The notes under the pieces are model-generated. The model was not told where the DNA came from. It made no database searches and was given only the letters and a program-made list of their open reading frames with translations. The position numbers and the translations under genes are program-made. Source: Aurantibacter sp. (lineage in GTDB: Bacteria; Bacteroidota; Bacteroidia; Flavobacteriales; Flavobacteriaceae). Taken from it: DNA of 64,000 nt. This document shows positions 59,659 to 64,000 of the stretch, piece after piece (position 1 is the stretch's first letter; each line of letters begins with the position of its first letter). The DNA lies in NCBI RefSeq assembly GCF_039941195.1, contig NZ_JBDVFA010000098.1, positions 99,775 to 163,774 of the forward strand. Direction: 5' to 3'.

Positions 59659-60570
59659 TTACTTTATTAGACTCCCTTCTATTTTAAATAAATTCCTCTT
59701 TACAATGTTACTTTGTTCATGAGAAAGTTTCTGCAATGGTACAGCCATATAATCGTTACAAACACCCATTATTGCCAATGAACCTTTAATTGCTTTGATA
59801 CTGCTAGTTGGCGTATTATTTATATGATATATATTTTCATCAATAGCATATACTTTTTTTCTAAGTTCATTTATAGCGAGTTCATCTTTATTTACACATG
59901 CTTGGTATAGTTCAACAAAGGTTTTTGGACTAAAATTTGCACCTCCTGCAACCGCTCCATGGGCTCCTTTAGCCATTGCCTCAGAAATAAAAAGTTCATT
60001 TCCTACAATAATTGAAAATTCAGGATCATCTTTAAACGCTTCAATAATTTCATATAAGGATTCCATATCTCCTGAACTATCCTTCACTCCAATAGCACCC
60101 AACTCTCTAGCTTTCTTAACAATATTTACCTTTAAGTGCAGTTTTGTACAACTTGGAATATTATACAAAAGAAAAGGCAAGGGTAATTGTGGCGTTAAAA
60201 TTGATAAATATTCAATCATCTCCTCTTCCGAAATTGGAAAATAATATGGTGGTGCTACAACCAAAACATCTACTCCAGCCTCCTTTGAATAACTTGCAAT
60301 ATCCAAAGTACCCTCTAAAGAAGTATCGGTTATTCCAACTAATACTGGCACTCTACCATTAATAATTTCGCAAGCCTCAGAAATTAATTGTTTTCTTATT
60401 CTATAGCTTAAACTGGGTCCTTCCCCATTAGTTCCTAACAAAAATATACCATGAACACCACCTTCAATCAAATGTTCAATTATACTTTTTAAACCAATAC
60501 TGTCTAGTTCTCTATTTTCCAATAGAGGCGTAATCATCGGAGGAATAATTCCTTTTAATGGCAATTTCAT
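59659..60570 (-). CDS. DHDPS/NAL-family class I aldolase (copy 2)
   Basis: PPMITP, GTNGEG, APPYY, LLYNIP, GVKDSSGD, GAVAGGAN; close paralog of 53198-54115. Confidence 0.9.
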   Translation of the reverse strand: MKLPLKGIIPPMITPLLENRELDSIGLKSIIEHLIEGGVHGIFLLGTNGEGPSLSYRIRKQLISEACEIINGRVPVLVGITDTSLEGTLDIASYSKEAGVDVLVVAPPYYFPISEEEMIEYLSILTPQLPLPFLLYNIPSCTKLHLKVNIVKKARELGAIGVKDSSGDMESLYEIIEAFKDDPEFSIIVGNELFISEAMAKGAHGAVAGGANFSPKTFVELYQACVNKDELAINELRKKVYAIDENIYHINNTPTSSIKAIKGSLAIMGVCNDYMAVPLQKLSHEQSNIVKRNLFKIEGSLIK

Positions 60571-60725
60571 AATTAACTATTAGTGTTTAAACAAATTAAG
60601 TATACAACTAAAACTTATGCCACAACAATGTTGAAGTAATCCTATAGAATTTTACCCATTCTAGTAATAATTCAAATATTTAAATCTTAAAACACAGATA
60701 AAAACAATAAAAGGTTGCAAATAAA

Positions 60726-60755
60726 AAGGAGGTTTTACATATGTGAAACCTCCTT
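60726..60755 (-). terminator. Intrinsic terminator downstream of the susD-like gene
   Basis: Inverted repeat AAGGAGGTTT...AAACCTCCTT; the upstream A-run gives a U tail on the minus strand. Confidence 0.75.
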
Positions 60756-60808
60756 AAATTGAACTGGTTTTTATCAAGTTCGTTTGGTTATTATTTTAAG
60801 CTACAAAT

Positions 60809-62467
60809 TTAATAGGGCTTATTGGTGCCTTGTAAAAGCCACATTTTAGACCAAGCACTGTTGTTAGTTGCATCATCACCTTTAAATGCTGTGGTTTCCA
60901 ATCTTCCTATTGCGGCATCTGCATTAGTTGCGTTATTATCTATTTCGTCTATATGATAGTAAAAGCGTAAAGGTAGCGCAGGTCTTTTTGCAGCGGCTCC
61001 CGCTTGTAAATCAGGAATTCCTGTTCTTCTATAATCGAACCAGGCTTCTGCCGCAGACGACCAGTTTGCAATCCATTTTTGCTTTAGTATATCGTCTGGT
61101 TCGGTGTAAGCCGCAGGACCAGCAATGTAGTCGTTATATGCGTCACCAACTCCCCAAGCATTAAAGGATTGTTTTATTGCTTCATTATAATAGCCTGATA
61201 CTGCACCATTCGCCCAACCTTTAGTTGCAGCTTCCGCTTTAATAAAATTGACTTCAGCTGCAGAAATTAAACGGGCTTGTAATAAATCACCACTAGCTTC
61301 TTTATAAATATCATTTAATTGAGAAACATGTAAATTAAGTGCTCCTTGATTTAGATTTTCACTTAAATTATAAGCAATACCGAATGTCATACCGGTGGGC
61401 AAGCCTACATACTCTTTATCATAATCAACAGGAAAGCCTACAATATCCTCATATGCATCAACTATATCTTGTGAAACATGTCGTTCTCCATCTTCTACAT
61501 AATCAGTTCCATCAGGAGCCCCAGCATCCAAAACAAGAGGGATGTCAATTTGATTTGCCCATACGCCTAATCGAGGGTCATTCAATGCTTGCAATTCGTC
61601 AACTAAAGTTGCCCCCATTTTTATTCTAAAATAAGACCCCTGCGAATCTGAATCAAACTTTGTGTTTGTAGGCCAAGAATCGACACTTGTATTTCCAACA
61701 TAAGCCATGTTCGCATCATCTGCTGCATCTATAATTAATGGATATAATTGTGGGTTTTGTAAAATCTTTTTTATCCCTTGCTCTGCCCAAGCTGGCTCCT
61801 TAACCGATAAGCGCATATAATATCGTAAAGCCAATGAATTGGCAAATTTTCTCCATTTAGCAACATCCCCTCCAAATAAAATATCCTGATCAGCTTGTAT
61901 ACTAAAATATGACCCTTGATCTTTAGATAGCAATGAATTCGCAGTTTCTAAATCCATCAAAATACCTTCATAAATTGACCTTTGATCATCAAATACTGCA
62001 TCAAAAAATTCTGCTCCTTCATTACCTCTTAGAGCTTCAGAATAAGGTGCATCACCCCATAAATCTGTTATTAAACCAAATAGGAAAGACTTCATAACTA
62101 GTCCTGCACCTTGATGAAATTCTAGTTCATCAGCCTCTGCCTTTTCTATCATGTTTTTATTATTCGTCAATAAAGTATAGTAACCATTCCAACTATGAGA
62201 ATCGTTACTCCAATCATAGGCATTATGTCCACTAGACCAACCATCCTTTTGTGTGTGTTGCATTACCCCAGCAATGTCTCCAAAGCCCAAGCTAACTACA
62301 GCTTTACCCGCACCATTAATTACGGTTGGCAGGAGTAGATTGGGATCCACATTTTCTGAACCAATTTGATTAGGGTTTTCGTTCAAATCTTCTAGTCCGT
62401 GACAAGAGACTAAAAGAATAAGACCTAAAACCAATAGGGCTATTTTATTGTTATTAGCATTGTTCAT
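60809..62467 (-). CDS. SusD/RagB family lipoprotein (SusD-like_2 type)
   Basis: Lipobox LVSC; TDLWGDAPYSEA, KWRKFANSLALRYYMRLS, DPRL, QKWIA, EAWFDYRRTG, PLRFYY. Confidence 0.93.
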   Translation of the reverse strand: MNNANNNKIALLVLGLILLVSCHGLEDLNENPNQIGSENVDPNLLLPTVINGAGKAVVSLGFGDIAGVMQHTQKDGWSSGHNAYDWSNDSHSWNGYYTLLTNNKNMIEKAEADELEFHQGAGLVMKSFLFGLITDLWGDAPYSEALRGNEGAEFFDAVFDDQRSIYEGILMDLETANSLLSKDQGSYFSIQADQDILFGGDVAKWRKFANSLALRYYMRLSVKEPAWAEQGIKKILQNPQLYPLIIDAADDANMAYVGNTSVDSWPTNTKFDSDSQGSYFRIKMGATLVDELQALNDPRLGVWANQIDIPLVLDAGAPDGTDYVEDGERHVSQDIVDAYEDIVGFPVDYDKEYVGLPTGMTFGIAYNLSENLNQGALNLHVSQLNDIYKEASGDLLQARLISAAEVNFIKAEAATKGWANGAVSGYYNEAIKQSFNAWGVGDAYNDYIAGPAAYTEPDDILKQKWIANWSSAAEAWFDYRRTGIPDLQAGAAAKRPALPLRFYYHIDEIDNNATNADAAIGRLETTAFKGDDATNNSAWSKMWLLQGTNKPY

Positions 62468-62489
62468 AGCGATGTCAGTTTAAATTTTA

Positions 62490-64000
62490 TTAAAATGTGA
62501 TTCCGATTTTAATTCCTATTGGAACTAACCATGGATCTACATTATATCTTTCTATACCTTGTTTAAATTGTGTACCTCTGTTCCCTGAACTTGTTTCGGC
62601 TTGAAAAGCACGTTCTGGATCTATTCCAAATTCAGAGTCTTTAGTCCATAACATTATATTTCTACTATAAAGAGAAACACTCAAATTATCTATGGCGGTT
62701 CTTTCTATAAATTTTGAAGGCAAATCATAAGACAATGACACCTCTCTAAGTTTCACATAATCTGCATCAAACATATGCGGTGTACCAAAGTCCCATGGGT
62801 TGGCAACTGAAAATGGAATAAAAGCGGTGCCTGCTTCTCCTAAATTTTCAGATTCTAATATAAAATTACCATTCTCATCATGCGTTCCTACAACCCCCGC
62901 GTTAAAAATACCATCATAAACAACACTTCCCCCTAAATCTTGAGCAAAACCTCCATTGCTTGGTGGACCACCAATAGACAAGAAGTTTTCACCATAAATT
63001 AGTAAATCTGCGTTATCCAAAACCCATTGTTTCAATTCTGGTCCGGGTTCAGAAATACCAGGGTTTATAAGATTATTTAATATTTGTTGTCCATATCCAT
63101 CCTCAACCATGTATCTGCTGGTTTGCGACATGTACTGTCCACCTGAACGCCAATCAAATGTCAAGTTTAAAGAAAGGTTTTTGTATGATAAGGTTGTTTG
63201 TAAACCCATTACAAAATCAGGATTATAATTACCAACTTTTACACGTTCGTCTTGCGCGAGCCACTCAGCATCTTCACCTGAACCCAATAATGGATAATTG
63301 TAATATGGTGAATTTACATCAGTAACTCTTTTTATTAACGGCGAGTAAATATTGCCTACTAAACCATCTTCACCAGTTGCTGCATTTGCCACATAACCTC
63401 TTGAAACACTTTTGTTTTCACTCCAAAATTCTATATAATCGACACCATCAGATAATTCTAATATGGTCGATTCATTGGTCGTATAATTTAAATTTACATC
63501 CCAATTAAAATTCTCCGTACGAACTGGTGTAAAACCTAATGAAAGCTCTAGACCTTTACTTTCCAAAACACCTGCATTAATACTAACACTATTATAACCC
63601 GATGACCCAGGAATAGGAATATTAGGTACAATTTGATTTCTATTTTCTACAGTGTAATATGTACCTTCAAAACGAAGTCGGTTCGAGAACATATTTAAAT
63701 CAATACCAATTTCTTGAGAAGTTGCTTCTTCTGGTTCTAGATTAGGTGTATTTAAACCACTTTGACCACTATATAAAACTGCATTTTCCCATTGACCATT
63801 GTTATTAAAATAAGAGCTTAATTGATATGGGCTAGTATCGTTACCTACTCTTGCCCAACCTGCTCTTACTTTTAGTAAATCTACTTTGGGAATACTCACT
63901 AATTCACTCACCAATAAGCTTAATGAAGCAGATGGATAGAAATAAGAACGGTTATCAACAGGTAAAGTACTCGACCAATCATTACGAGCAGTTACATCTA
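62490..64000 (-). CDS. SusC/RagA family TonB-dependent transporter, 5' part outside the window
   Basis: Frame stays open to the window edge (DVTARNDWSSTLP...YFYPSAS); KVRAGWARVGND, DADYVKLREVSLSY, C-terminal GIKIGITF. Confidence 0.95.
   Translation of the reverse strand, partial: DVTARNDWSSTLPVDNRSYFYPSASLSLLVSELVSIPKVDLLKVRAGWARVGNDTSPYQLSSYFNNNGQWENAVLYSGQSGLNTPNLEPEEATSQEIGIDLNMFSNRLRFEGTYYTVENRNQIVPNIPIPGSSGYNSVSINAGVLESKGLELSLGFTPVRTENFNWDVNLNYTTNESTILELSDGVDYIEFWSENKSVSRGYVANAATGEDGLVGNIYSPLIKRVTDVNSPYYNYPLLGSGEDAEWLAQDERVKVGNYNPDFVMGLQTTLSYKNLSLNLTFDWRSGGQYMSQTSRYMVEDGYGQQILNNLINPGISEPGPELKQWVLDNADLLIYGENFLSIGGPPSNGGFAQDLGGSVVYDGIFNAGVVGTHDENGNFILESENLGEAGTAFIPFSVANPWDFGTPHMFDADYVKLREVSLSYDLPSKFIERTAIDNLSVSLYSRNIMLWTKDSEFGIDPERAFQAETSSGNRGTQFKQGIERYNVDPWLVPIGIKIGITF

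Noticed and set aside
53198-60570. Calling the aldolase paralogs dapA or nanA
   Set aside because: The GTNGE motif, catabolic context and absence of nanE/nanK/sialidase or dapB in the window do not support either symbol.
8071-60658. TTACCCA recurring upstream of three minus-strand genes (8071, 43232, 60652)
   Set aside because: A 7-mer with variable spacing and flanks; it cannot be separated from chance without genome-wide statistics.
27-61629. Numerous 60-130 aa ORFs in the six-frame track that overlap long genes (e.g. 27-215, 1366-1698, 3118-3312, 24554-24925, 44311-44643, 46182-46547, 51726-52121)
   Set aside because: They lie antisense to or frame-shifted within well-supported genes and show no motifs; they are shadow ORFs.
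1-64000. Mobile elements, prophage, defence systems, tRNA/rRNA
   Set aside because: No transposase, integrase, phage, nuclease or toxin motifs, terminal inverted repeats or RNA-gene signatures were visible by eye; a tRNAscan/Rfam run would be needed to exclude small RNAs formally.

Overview
AT-rich chromosomal window from a Flavobacteriaceae (Bacteroidota) genome. The assignment rests on two SusC/SusD pairs, TAnnTTTG-type promoters, many lipobox signal peptides and the yceD-rpmF-fabH-accB-accC order without plsX. I found no rRNA, tRNA, CRISPR array, transposase, integrase or recognisable defence gene. A housekeeping core (about 19.4-27.7 kb: accC/accB/fabH/rpmF/yceD/pdxA/ribE) is flanked by two accessory catabolic regions. 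(1) 3.1-19.4 kb: a co-oriented minus-strand run of ethanolamine permease, GS-like gamma-glutamyl ligase, Fe-ADH, C26 gamma-glutamyl hydrolase, ALDH, three phosphoesterase genes and SusC/SusD, with a divergent Lrp/AsnC regulator and no glycoside hydrolase. My best candidate for an undescribed system is here: a B12/EutBC-independent N+P scavenging locus for ethanolamine-phosphate head groups (inference). (2) 40-64 kb: a large SusC/D-anchored locus. It holds two paralogous DHDPS/NAL-family aldolases, a membrane PHP phosphoesterase, a membrane-anchored GH31, an unknown polytopic membrane protein, AraC, an SSS transporter, a Gfo/Idh/MocA oxidoreductase, a purple acid phosphatase, a GDPD, an FG-GAP/VCBS propeller and two paralogous uncharacterised proteins. 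A decayed copy of the VCBS gene 3' end at 49071-49160 records an old duplication. Between these regions lie an HGSNAT-like/SSS/TauE/lipoprotein AGE-epimerase group, a zinc metalloprotease, a 7-CXXCH cytochrome c, a Kelch lipoprotein and a sorbosone-dehydrogenase-like lipoprotein. All functional calls come from motif recognition by eye; no database search was run.
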